This document shows, piece after piece, positions 29,664 through 38,584 of a stretch of DNA of 64,000 nt. The notes under the pieces are model-generated. The model was not told the DNA's origin. It searched no databases and was given only the letters and a program-made list of their open reading frames with translations. The stretch is from positions 2,159-66,158 of the forward strand of contig JBBQEI010000022.1 in NCBI GenBank assembly GCA_038320545.1, given 5' to 3'. This DNA is from Bacteroidales bacterium (GTDB lineage Bacteria; Bacteroidota; Bacteroidia; Bacteroidales; JAAUTT01). Positions within the stretch are counted from its first letter, which is position 1. Each line of letters opens with the position of its first letter. The position numbers and the translations under genes were made by a program.

Positions 29664-32600
29664 ATGAAAAATATGAGTAGGATTTACTTTCTATTGCTTG
29701 TTTTTATCAGCCTGACTATTAAACTTCATGCCCAGAACGACCGTTTTTATTCGTCTCTCGACGGGTTATCGGGAACAACTCTTTACGGATTTTATCAGGA
29801 CTCAAAAGGCTTTCTCTGGATACCCACCTATTCGGGGCTAAACAGGTTCGACGGGTACAATTTTAAAGTATATCAGCAGGACATAGGCGATAGCTCAAGT
29901 CTCAACTCTACTAATGTAAACACTGTTTTCGAAGATTCGTATGGGAATTTATGGGTAGGCACTAACTTCGGACTTAACCTTTATAATTACAAAAAAGATT
30001 GTTTTTCACAGATCCATCTTCGGTCGAAGCAGAAAGAATTGCCTATAACAGTAGTATGTATTCTGGAGAATAAAAATAAAATGCTTTGGCTTGTTACATC
30101 TCATGGACTGGTTTATTTAAATCCCGTTACCTGGGAATATACTTTTTATAACCACCAATTTAACAACGACGGCAGCCCTGCTTATTCCAAATATAATCAG
30201 GCGGTAATTGATAACAAGGGCAATCTATTAATTGGCACCGACGATAACGCCGTGTTGGTATTTGATACTGAGCGGCTTGCATTTATGAACCTGGCAGAAT
30301 ATACCGGAATCAAATTTGATTTTCCCGACAGAACAGTTCTGGTTGTTCATAAAAATGCACAACAACAGGTATTTTTCGGGACTTTACGTGCAGGATTAGT
30401 ATTTTTCGATCCTCAAAAACGCATTTTTAAACATTCTGAGTATTCTAAATACAATTCCAACACATTAAATGGGGGAATTTATTCCATAACCACCGATAAA
30501 AGAGGAACTGTTTGGGTTGGAACGGAACGAAACGGCCTTAAAAATTACGATTCCGATAAAAATATCATCACAGATGCCAATTCACTGATCAATCTGCCCA
30601 ATATTCAAAAAGCCAAGGTACATTGCTATGAAGATCATTCGGGAGATTTGTGGTTTGGGATTCAGTTTCGTGGCATTTACCATAAAATTTCTTCAGTAAA
30701 GCCCTTTCATCCTATTGGAAGCTCTACAAAATCAAATCTTAATCTCAGCCATTACATTGTTAAATCCATGCTTAAAGACAAAAATGGCACTTTATGGGTG
30801 GGTACTGATGGAGGAGGAATCAATATTTTAGAAAAGGGTGCCAAAGACTTCAGGTATTTTCAGAATCCGGCAGGTCCGGAAAAATTAACCGATAAAGCAA
30901 TTATAAAACTTTACGAAGACAGCCGGGGATGGATATGGATTGGTACATATCTCGACGGGTTATATTGTTACCGGGGACAGGATAAACCTCTTAAGCATCA
31001 CAACATGCCTGGCTCGGACAAAGAAAAATGGGATAATTACATTTTTGATATCATTGAAGATGCCAAAGGTAATTTCTGGATTGGCTCCAACGGAGGAGGA
31101 TTATATTATCTCGATGTTCAGAATGATACTATATTAAAAAGCTCATCCCCTGCTGTTAACGGTGTAATTCAAGATATTAAACCTTTTGTAAACACCCTCG
31201 ATTACGGCAGTGACAGTACACTATGGATAGGTACTTATAATGGATTGTTTGGCTGGAATAAGAAAACTGATAAATTCCATTCTTTTCTGATGAGCAAAGG
31301 TGATTTTATCAACGAGGTTGTTTTTGAAGTAAAACAGGATAGTATTGGAAATATCTGGATTGGAACCCTGCAAGGACTATATTGCTGGAAACCTGATGAA
31401 AAAAGAATGGTTAGGTATAGCACTGAACAGGGGCTACCGGGGAATACAATCATGGCAATTGAATTCGACAGGCAAAATAATGTATGGATTTCAACCACAA
31501 AAGGAATATCCAAGCTCGATATAAACACAAACAGGTTTTATAACTATTATCAGTATGATGGGTTGCCTTGCAATGAATACCGACCTGGCGCTTCTTTCAA
31601 AGACAAAACAGGAAACATCTATTTTGGAGGGGTCGATGGTTTGGTTTATTTTCATCCGGACAGTATCATCAATAATCCGGTAAAGCCTAATTTAATTTTT
31701 ACCAGTTTGAAAGTTTTTAATCAATTAATTACTCCCGACCAAAAAAAGGAAAACAGAATACTTAAATACGACATAAACGAGACTGACACTATAAACCTAG
31801 CTTATGCCGATAAAAGTTTTTCACTTGAATTTGCTGCAATAAATTTTTGTGTTCCCGAAAAAATCAAATATGCTGTTATGCTCGAAGGTTTTAATACTAC
31901 CTGGGATATCAAAGATTATCAGCAAAGATATGCCACCTTCACCAACCTCGATCCTGGCAGCTATACCCTAAAAATTAAATCGACTGACCTTGACGGAATC
32001 TGGATTGATCAGCCCCGAACCCTGGTAATCATCATAGAACCTCCGTTTTGGCTAACCTGGTGGGCTTTTTTGATCTATACCGCTATTATCAGCCTTATCT
32101 TCCTTTATATCCGGAAAATATCATTGTTCCGTATTTCAATGAAAAACCAGTTACATATTGAACAGGTGGAACGTGAAAAACAGGAAGAAATCAATCAAAG
32201 TAAAATGCAGTTTTTTACAAATATTTCGCACGAGATAAGAACTCCCCTCACGATGCTGCTTGCACCACTCGAAAAACTGGTTAATTCAGACCTCAGTGAA
32301 ACACAGAAAAAATACCTAAATTATGTATACCGGAATACGAAAAGGCTTGAAAGAATGGTTAACCAGTTGCTCGAACTTCAAAAAATTGAAAATGTACAAC
32401 TGAAACTTCAGGCACGGAAAATAGAACTTGTGTCTTTTTTAAAAGAAGTAATTTTACTTTTTGAGGAAACAGCAAACGACCAGAATATTAATATTTCATT
32501 TGAACCTGGTTGCGATGAACTCCTTGTTTGGATTGATCCGGAGAAAATGGATAAAATTATTTTTAACATAATATCCAATGCCATCCGCTTTACACCTCAA

Positions 32601-33770
32601 AATGGTCTGATCACAATTTCGCTTTATGCTGAAAGTCAGGAAAACGGATACTATACAATTTCTGTTTCCGATACTGGACAAGGGATTAGTCAGGAACATT
32701 TTGAAAAGATTTTTGAACGCTTTTATCAAGTCGAAAGTAAAGATAAAACTATCAATGTTGGAACAGGAATTGGACTTCACCTTACCAGAGAACTTGTAAA
32801 AATTCATCATGGTACTATTGAAGTAAAGAGCAGGGAAGAATTTGGAAGTACTTTTACTATAAAATTACCTTTGGGCAACAAACATTTTGCAACTGCCGAA
32901 ATAATTAAGGAAGTAAATGGAAGTGCTATTTACCAGCATATTGAAAAGCCAACTCAAGTAATGGCATCGGAAGCAACAAAGGAAAACGATGATGAAGAAC
33001 CTGAAGATCATTCGCAAAGCATTATCTTAATTGTAGAAGATGATATCGATATTTTAAATTACCTTGAAGACGAGCTTTCGGCAGACTATCAGGTAATAAA
33101 AGCCAATAATGGAAATGATGGATGGAAACAGGCTTACGAAAAAGTCCCCGACCTTATTATTAGCGATATTATGATGCCCGGAATGGATGGGATGGAATTA
33201 TGTAAAAAAATTAAAAGTACCATTGAAACAAGTCATATTCCTGTTATCCTGCTCACTGCAAAAAATTCGGTCGAAAATGAAATAGAAGGATTGGAGCTCG
33301 GGGCTGATGAATATGTGCACAAGCCATTCCACCCTACTGTATTAAAATTAAAAGTAGATAATATTATTGAATCCAGGGAATCGTTAAAACAACAGTTCAC
33401 CCGAAACACAAGCTTTGTTGCAAAAGAAATGACTGTTACCTCGGCTGATGAAATATTTCTGCAAAAAGCAATTGACTATGTAAAAGATAATCTTGCTGAC
33501 ACCGACCTGAATATCGAAAAACTAAGTAAAGTATTAAATATAAGCAGGGTTCATCTTTATCGAAAATTGAAAGCTATTACAAATCAAAATCCTACTGAAT
33601 TTGTTCGGACTATCCGGCTTAAACAGGCCGCATATCTATTGGCAAAAGATAAACTCAATATTTCAGAAATAGCTTACATGGTGGGTTTTAATTCACATCA
33701 ATACTTTACAAACAGCTTCCAAAAATATTATAATATGTCCCCAACTGAATATGTCAAATCGTTAGCGTAA
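29664..33770 (+). CDS. Hybrid two-component system (beta-propeller sensor, Y_Y_Y, His kinase, receiver, AraC HTH)
   Basis: Reg_prop repeats, FFTNISHEIRTPL, GTGIGL, PDLIISDIMMPGMDG, C-terminal AraC ISEIAYMVGF. Confidence 0.96.
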   Translation: MKNMSRIYFLLLVFISLTIKLHAQNDRFYSSLDGLSGTTLYGFYQDSKGFLWIPTYSGLNRFDGYNFKVYQQDIGDSSSLNSTNVNTVFEDSYGNLWVGTNFGLNLYNYKKDCFSQIHLRSKQKELPITVVCILENKNKMLWLVTSHGLVYLNPVTWEYTFYNHQFNNDGSPAYSKYNQAVIDNKGNLLIGTDDNAVLVFDTERLAFMNLAEYTGIKFDFPDRTVLVVHKNAQQQVFFGTLRAGLVFFDPQKRIFKHSEYSKYNSNTLNGGIYSITTDKRGTVWVGTERNGLKNYDSDKNIITDANSLINLPNIQKAKVHCYEDHSGDLWFGIQFRGIYHKISSVKPFHPIGSSTKSNLNLSHYIVKSMLKDKNGTLWVGTDGGGINILEKGAKDFRYFQNPAGPEKLTDKAIIKLYEDSRGWIWIGTYLDGLYCYRGQDKPLKHHNMPGSDKEKWDNYIFDIIEDAKGNFWIGSNGGGLYYLDVQNDTILKSSSPAVNGVIQDIKPFVNTLDYGSDSTLWIGTYNGLFGWNKKTDKFHSFLMSKGDFINEVVFEVKQDSIGNIWIGTLQGLYCWKPDEKRMVRYSTEQGLPGNTIMAIEFDRQNNVWISTTKGISKLDINTNRFYNYYQYDGLPCNEYRPGASFKDKTGNIYFGGVDGLVYFHPDSIINNPVKPNLIFTSLKVFNQLITPDQKKENRILKYDINETDTINLAYADKSFSLEFAAINFCVPEKIKYAVMLEGFNTTWDIKDYQQRYATFTNLDPGSYTLKIKSTDLDGIWIDQPRTLVIIIEPPFWLTWWAFLIYTAIISLIFLYIRKISLFRISMKNQLHIEQVEREKQEEINQSKMQFFTNISHEIRTPLTMLLAPLEKLVNSDLSETQKKYLNYVYRNTKRLERMVNQLLELQKIENVQLKLQARKIELVSFLKEVILLFEETANDQNINISFEPGCDELLVWIDPEKMDKIIFNIISNAIRFTPQNGLITISLYAESQENGYYTISVSDTGQGISQEHFEKIFERFYQVESKDKTINVGTGIGLHLTRELVKIHHGTIEVKSREEFGSTFTIKLPLGNKHFATAEIIKEVNGSAIYQHIEKPTQVMASEATKENDDEEPEDHSQSIILIVEDDIDILNYLEDELSADYQVIKANNGNDGWKQAYEKVPDLIISDIMMPGMDGMELCKKIKSTIETSHIPVILLTAKNSVENEIEGLELGADEYVHKPFHPTVLKLKVDNIIESRESLKQQFTRNTSFVAKEMTVTSADEIFLQKAIDYVKDNLADTDLNIEKLSKVLNISRVHLYRKLKAITNQNPTEFVRTIRLKQAAYLLAKDKLNISEIAYMVGFNSHQYFTNSFQKYYNMSPTEYVKSLA

Positions 33771-33861
33771 TTTTTTTAACTGTAACAATTGCTAAGCTAA
33801 ACCTTTCGGTATATCTGTTGTTTTAGCATCACATCTTTCTGCTAAATCAATAAATTTATAT

Positions 33862-34281
33862 ATGGAACGGAGACAATTTTTTTATCTTTCCGGTTTGGGT
33901 TCTACAACAATATTGGCTGGAAATTTATTAGCAGCATGCTCCAAAGCTGAAGACGAGGATACAAACACCGGGACTCCCGGAGGTAATAAGTTAATACTCG
34001 ACCTAACCGATCCGGCCTATTCTGGTTTAAAAACAGTTGGAAATTCCCTCATCAAAAATAACATTCTGATAATACATACTGTGAACGATACTTATCAAGC
34101 CTTGTCTAAAATATGTACCCATCAGGGATGTACAGTGGGTTTTAACGGAACCGAAATTGTTTGTCCATGTCATGGTTCCAAATTTACTACGGCAGGAGCT
34201 GTTATTCAAGGGCCTGCTACTTTAGCGCTTACCAAATATAAAACAGAGCTTGCTGGGGAGATACTTACGGTAATGGTTTAA
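33862..34281 (+). CDS. Rieske [2Fe-2S] lipoprotein with Tat-like signal
   Basis: ERRQFF twin-arginine motif, LAAC lipobox, CTHQGC and CPCHGS Rieske boxes. Confidence 0.9.
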   Translation: MERRQFFYLSGLGSTTILAGNLLAACSKAEDEDTNTGTPGGNKLILDLTDPAYSGLKTVGNSLIKNNILIIHTVNDTYQALSKICTHQGCTVGFNGTEIVCPCHGSKFTTAGAVIQGPATLALTKYKTELAGEILTVMV

Positions 34282-34342
34282 GGGAGTCGTAAGACGTTTA
34301 TCCCGAAAGCTTTCGGGAGTAAGTCGTAAGATGTTAATACCC

Positions 34343-34463
34343 TGTTCGGCAAAGCATTTGCTTTATCGGAATATTTGAGTAGAATTTCTACTTTTTGGTT
34401 TCAGTAATTAATTTAAATAAATTGTAGCAAATGCTACAAAAATAATGAACGAAGTGAATACTC
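34343..34463. repeat. MITE-like repeat, family C
   Basis: TGTTCGGCAAAGCATTTG...TGTAGCAAATGCTACAAAAATAA...CGAAGTGAAT; homologous to the 16775 and 35122 copies. Confidence 0.75.
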
Positions 34464-34765
34464 ATATCATTCAGTTTAAGATCACTATTTGCAATTAACT
34501 TTCTAACAATATAGAAATCAAGAACGTCCCCGGAGGGGACAAATGTGAATAGCGCCGGATAAAATCCGGTGAAAAGTAGAGGAGATATTTTTGCGGCGCG
34601 CTAAGGCCTCATATCGGAGCTCAACTCTTTCTTCGCCGCTGTCCGATGCTCTTCTTAACCGAACTATTTTCCGATGCGTGTATCATTATGTCTCTTATCA
34701 GAATGTTTCGCGCATCAGGAAGTCACTTCTTTTATCTCTTCCCCAGCTCGCGGGAGCTGGGGTTA

Positions 34766-35098
34766 ATCGGGTAGGAAGCGGCTCGCATTGCTGTCCCCCC
34801 ACACCACCCGGCATACGCTTTACGTACCATGGCGGTTTCTACTAACTTAACCCTTCATTCTCACTTGTAAAGATTGTAAGCCCATTTGGGAGAACCATAA
34901 CGGGTTCATTGCTTTGCTAACGGCCGGTTTTATCGACATCTTCCACCATCTCTGGGAGTATATTGCCACATTCCAGCACGTGTTCCAAGGAATATCGAAG
35001 CTGTGAAGGAGTTTAACAATCGTGTATTTCCTTCCGCATTGTTTCAGACGATAACATCTTAGTTTACGCCTGATCCAGCCATTGAATATTTCGCCCAA
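34766..35098 (-). mobile_element. 5'-truncated class IIC group II intron: maturase C-terminal fragment plus domains V and VI
   Basis: ORF fragment 34847..35098 (WIRRKLRCYRLKQ...SQRWWKMS...AVSKAM...WFSQMGLQSL) is typical of the RT/maturase X domain. It is followed by GAAACCGCCATGGTACGTAAAGCGTATGCCGGGTGGTGT (short D5 with CGC triad) and D6 ending CCTACCCGAT at 34766. Confidence 0.85.
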
Positions 35099-35121
35099 CG
35101 TTTAGAACCAGGTTCAATCAG

Positions 35122-35266
35122 GTTTGGCAAAACATGTGCTTTGTCGTATTACATTTAGTAGCATTTGCTACTCTTTGTTTCAAATAATTAAATCAGATAA
35201 TTGTAGCAAATGCTACAAAAATAAAAGGACGAAGTGAATTCCGATAGCTATCGGAATTCGCCCAAC
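35122..35266. repeat. MITE-like repeat, family C, carrying a 24-bp perfect palindrome
   Basis: Homologous to the 16775 and 34343 copies; GAATTCCGATAGCTATCGGAATTC at 35236-35259. Confidence 0.75.
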
Positions 35267-35284
35267 TTCATCAATCCACTAACT

Positions 35285-35965
35285 TTATTTTCGGCTATTC
35301 AACAAAAATTCACCTATCACCAGATCGATAGGATGGGTGATTTTAATATTTTCCCTGTTTCCTTCAGTTAAATGAACAATGCCTCCATTACTTTCAAACA
35401 CAGAAGCATCGTCGGTAAAAGCTTCGTTGAATTCCCGGTTAAATGCTTCTTTAATACTTTGCAGCCTGAAAACCTGGGGTGTTTGTACCAGGCGTAGTTT
35501 TGAGCGGTCTATTATCCTGCTTTGATCTGCTTCCTGGTAGCGGACAGTTTCCACCACTTCAACAACGGGGATTGAATTCCCATATAAGGCGGCATCCTGA
35601 TAGCAACGTTTTAATGTTTCCTCACTTACAAGAGGGCGCACTCCATCATGAATACCCACCAGTCCGTCTCCTTCCAGCAAGGCTAAACCATTATTTACCG
35701 AATGAAAACGTGTTTCTCCGCCTGCACAAATCTCCATTGGGGTTAAAAAATTATGTTTCAGGCAGAGTAATTTCCATTCTTTGATCTGGTTTTCGGGCAA
35801 AACCACCACAATATCAATGTCCTGAAATGTTTTATGAAAAATAGAGATAGTGTGCATTAACACCGGTAATCCGCAAAGCTCAAGAAACTGTTTTGGAATT
35901 TCAGCTCCCATGCGGCTTCCTGATCCGCCAGCTACAATTATGACATATTTCTTTAAAGATTGCAT
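35285..35965 (-). CDS. ispD: 2-C-methyl-D-erythritol 4-phosphate cytidylyltransferase
   Basis: IVAGGSGSRMG..IPKQF, GGETRFHSV, IHDGVRP, VQTPQVF, FTDDASV, NIKIT. Confidence 0.95.
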   Translation of the reverse strand: MQSLKKYVIIVAGGSGSRMGAEIPKQFLELCGLPVLMHTISIFHKTFQDIDIVVVLPENQIKEWKLLCLKHNFLTPMEICAGGETRFHSVNNGLALLEGDGLVGIHDGVRPLVSEETLKRCYQDAALYGNSIPVVEVVETVRYQEADQSRIIDRSKLRLVQTPQVFRLQSIKEAFNREFNEAFTDDASVFESNGGIVHLTEGNRENIKITHPIDLVIGEFLLNSRK

Positions 35966-36025
35966 CAGTAAAAAAGATTTTTTTCAGACCTTTACAAATA
36001 TCGAATATTTAATTGTAAAAGAGTT

Positions 36026-36703
36026 ATGCTTACTGATATACTTCAATTTTTATTGGCTTTAAAAGAAAACAACAACAAAGAGTGGTTCGACAATAACCGC
36101 GACTGGTATCAGAAATCGAAAAAAGAATATGAGGAATTTGTTGCCAAATTGATTCCCGAAGTTCAGAAAATTGACAAAGGGATTGGTGCCCTGGAAGCGA
36201 AAGATTGTACATTCCGCATCTTCAGGGATGTCAGGTTTTCGCCCGATAAAACTCCATACAAAACTCATATGGGTGCTTACTTTGCCAAAGGAGGGCGTAA
36301 AAGTCCGTTAGGAGGCTATTATTTTCACATGGAACCTGGTAATTCTGTTTTAGCCGGTGGTATATGGGCGCCAGAAGCGCCAGTTTTAAAAGCGATTCGC
36401 AGCGAAATTTATGGCTTTATCGATGAATTCGTTGATATTATTGAAAGTAAAAGTTTTAAAAAGCATTTTGGTGAACTCGATACCGATATGGGAGTGTTAC
36501 GTTCAGCGCCAAAAGATTATCCCAAGGACTTTTCACATATCGATTTACTAAAATATAAGAGTTACACCGTTTCAAAATCCCTTCCCGACGTTCTTGTTAC
36601 CGACGAAAAAGCATTAATGCCAAAGTGTATGGAGGTTTTTAAAGCTCTCCAACCTGTAAATGCCTTTTTTAACAGAGCGATTACGGAAATGGGAAATGAA
36701 TAA
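36026..36703 (+). CDS. DUF2461 family protein
   Basis: FL.ALKENNNKEWF, FRIFRDVRFSPDKTPYKT signature. Confidence 0.9.
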   Translation: MLTDILQFLLALKENNNKEWFDNNRDWYQKSKKEYEEFVAKLIPEVQKIDKGIGALEAKDCTFRIFRDVRFSPDKTPYKTHMGAYFAKGGRKSPLGGYYFHMEPGNSVLAGGIWAPEAPVLKAIRSEIYGFIDEFVDIIESKSFKKHFGELDTDMGVLRSAPKDYPKDFSHIDLLKYKSYTVSKSLPDVLVTDEKALMPKCMEVFKALQPVNAFFNRAITEMGNE

Positions 36704-36705
36704 TA

Positions 36706-36856
36706 TAGTATACAGTATTTAGTATGAAGTAGCAAGACAAACAGCCAAATTAATTTAGTATCAAGTATTAGTAATAAGTATTAAGACAAACAGCCAAATT
36801 AATTTAGTAGTTAGTATTTAGTATTTAGTAGTTAGTAGTTAGTAGTTAGTATTTAG
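36706..36856. repeat. Heptamer array (TAGTATT/TAGTAGT)n with a 27-bp direct duplication
   Basis: AAGACAAACAGCCAAATTAATTTAGTA occurs twice, embedded in 7-bp periodic repeats. Confidence 0.8.
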
Positions 36857-36911
36857 ATAACAGTCATACAGGAGTTTTAAGTTAAGGGATGCCATTAATT
36901 TATGAGAGCCG

Positions 36912-37175
36912 GTAGTTGAGCGGAGTCGAAATGTCGAAACGCCCGTTTCAAATACGAATTGCTCTATTAACGAAGAGCCAAAGTCTCTCCATTTCAGGGG
37001 AGAGATTTAGAGAGGGGTCGAATATGGCTAGAGGCCTGAAAAACGACGTAGAGAGACGCTACGCCGAAAGGGTTGCGGGTTACGGGTTACGAATTACGAG
37101 TTACAGGTTTATTTACGAAGTGTCGGTCATTGAGCGGAGTCGAAATGCCGAAACGCCCGGATTAGATACGAAATG
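36912..37175. repeat. Composite REP-like cluster (families A and D plus heptamers)
   Basis: TGAGCGGAGTCGAA at 36917 and 37131; CGACGTAG..AGACGCTACGCCGA at about 37045; matching segments in inverted orientation at about 40003-40150. Confidence 0.75.
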
Positions 37176-37410
37176 TATCATTGATTCAACCGGGTAAAAA
37201 TCAAACTTTTCCAGTTCTAATTTTACTTTTTGTCTGCCACACAAAAAGTAACAAAAAAGTCACCACGAAAACCGACCTGAAGCTGTCAATGGGTGCACAT
37301 AGTTAAACGCGAACAATGGCGTGACAGCTTCGGGTCCGCACTTTTCGTGGACTTCAGCGCGCAAGGCCAGGGAGCCCGATTGTAATCGATTGCCTGAAAG
37401 GAGGTAAACA

Positions 37411-38030
37411 GTGATTTCACAAATTTTAAAGCTAATCTGGAAGCAGCGTAAATTCAACAGTCTGCTAATAATTGAAATAATATTCTCATTTATTGCATTA
37501 TCAACTGTATTGATCCATTACTACAAACTTTTCAAAGAACCTTTGGGAATGGACTATAAAAATTTATGATGTATTTCTGTTCAGGTAAAGGATGAAACGG
37601 CTAATAACGAAAATTCATTTGTATTACAGATGTCAGATTTAATCCGATCAATCAAAACCGAATTTATTAAAAAACATCTGAAACAAAATCCAAATATTGT
37701 ATCGTCAGCCAGAGCAACATTCAGCGATTTCGTCAATTCACAAAGCAGATGGTCAAGTTGCTTCGTTTATAACAGAAAACAATACTGCTTTGATGAATTC
37801 ATATCTGAAGAAGATTTTGCAAGCACTACCGGAATAAAAATGATCGAAGGCCGGTAGATTTTGCCTGAAGATAACTTTTCAAAAAGCCAGATAGTATTTA
37901 TAAATTCAAAATTAAAAAAAGAATTGTTTGGCGATAGTGTAGCAGCTGGCAAATCAATTGTGGTTAAAGAGGGCGACAACGTAAAAACTATAAAGATTGC
38001 AGGTGTTTTCGGTCATCTTAAAAGGATAGG
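37411..38030 (+). pseudogene. Frameshifted fragment of a MacB-type ABC permease
   Basis: Begins (GTG)ISQILKLIWKQRKFNSLLIIEIIFSF, then frameshifts and stops; later fragments GIKMIEGR and IVFINSKLKKELFGDSVAAGKSI are typical of the MacB periplasmic domain. Confidence 0.65.
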
Positions 38031-38446
38031 GGAATTTACTGCGGATAACAGGATTATTTTTTTCATCGAGCATCACCGTAAATTTCACAGCATCATTCTG
38101 AACGGTAGGGTTAATCGAAGAAATAACTCCTGTAAATATAGAAACGTTGACCTCCTTTTTAACAATTTCTCCGATATTATGATGTACTTTTGAAATACGG
38201 GAAGTAACAGGAGATGCAATAATCTCTTCGAATTCGGGGAGGATAATTCCGGAAGCTGAAATACTGGCATCGATATCGCCTGCATCGGTTTTTGCAGTTT
38301 GAATTTCATTGAAATGAATCACAGGGCGGATGATCATGCGGAACGCACCAAAAAATAAAATGGCTGCAACGGCAATGACGACTACTTTGAAATTCCGTTT
38401 TTGATTTCGCTTCTTAATTGTCGCTGATGATAGTTTCCCTATCCAT
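38030..38446 (-). pseudogene. Internally deleted, frameshifted HlyD/MFP efflux adaptor
   Basis: ATG at 38446 (MDRE), then a one-base frameshift to LSSATIKKRNQKR-TM-...GDIDASISASGIILPEFEEIIASPV; the sequence then jumps to the late motif TGVISSINPTVQNDAVKFTV. Confidence 0.65.
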
Positions 38447-38473
38447 TTTGAATATTTCGATGCCATTGGAATA

Positions 38474-38488
38474 TCCAGAATTGTGCCT
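38474..38488 (-). promoter_or_regulatory. Putative sigma54 (-24/-12) promoter
   Basis: AGGCACAATTCTGGA (GG-N10-GA), about 28 nt upstream of ATG 38446. Confidence 0.45.
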
Positions 38489-38544
38489 GGTTATTTAGAA
38501 TGCTTAATATCTGCACTTTCTGATTTTTAAAAAAGGCAGTTAAA

Positions 38545-38579
38545 TGTCCATAAATGGACAGCTTGTCCAATCCGGGACA
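38545..38579. promoter_or_regulatory. Tandem palindromic enhancer-like sites (TGT-N10-ACA)
   Basis: TGTCCATAAATGGACA (38545-38560) and TGTCCAATCCGGGACA (38564-38579), upstream of the sigma54-like promoter. Confidence 0.55.
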
Positions 38580-38584
38580 AAGTC

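Noticed and set aside
16775-35266. Family C repeats as integron attC sites
   Set aside because: The GTT/AAC ends are in the opposite arrangement to attC, the repeats do not separate co-oriented cassettes, and no integron integrase is present.
36916-37457. ORFs 36916..37197 and 37260..37457
   Set aside because: They consist of REP, heptamer and hairpin sequence and show no protein-family motifs.
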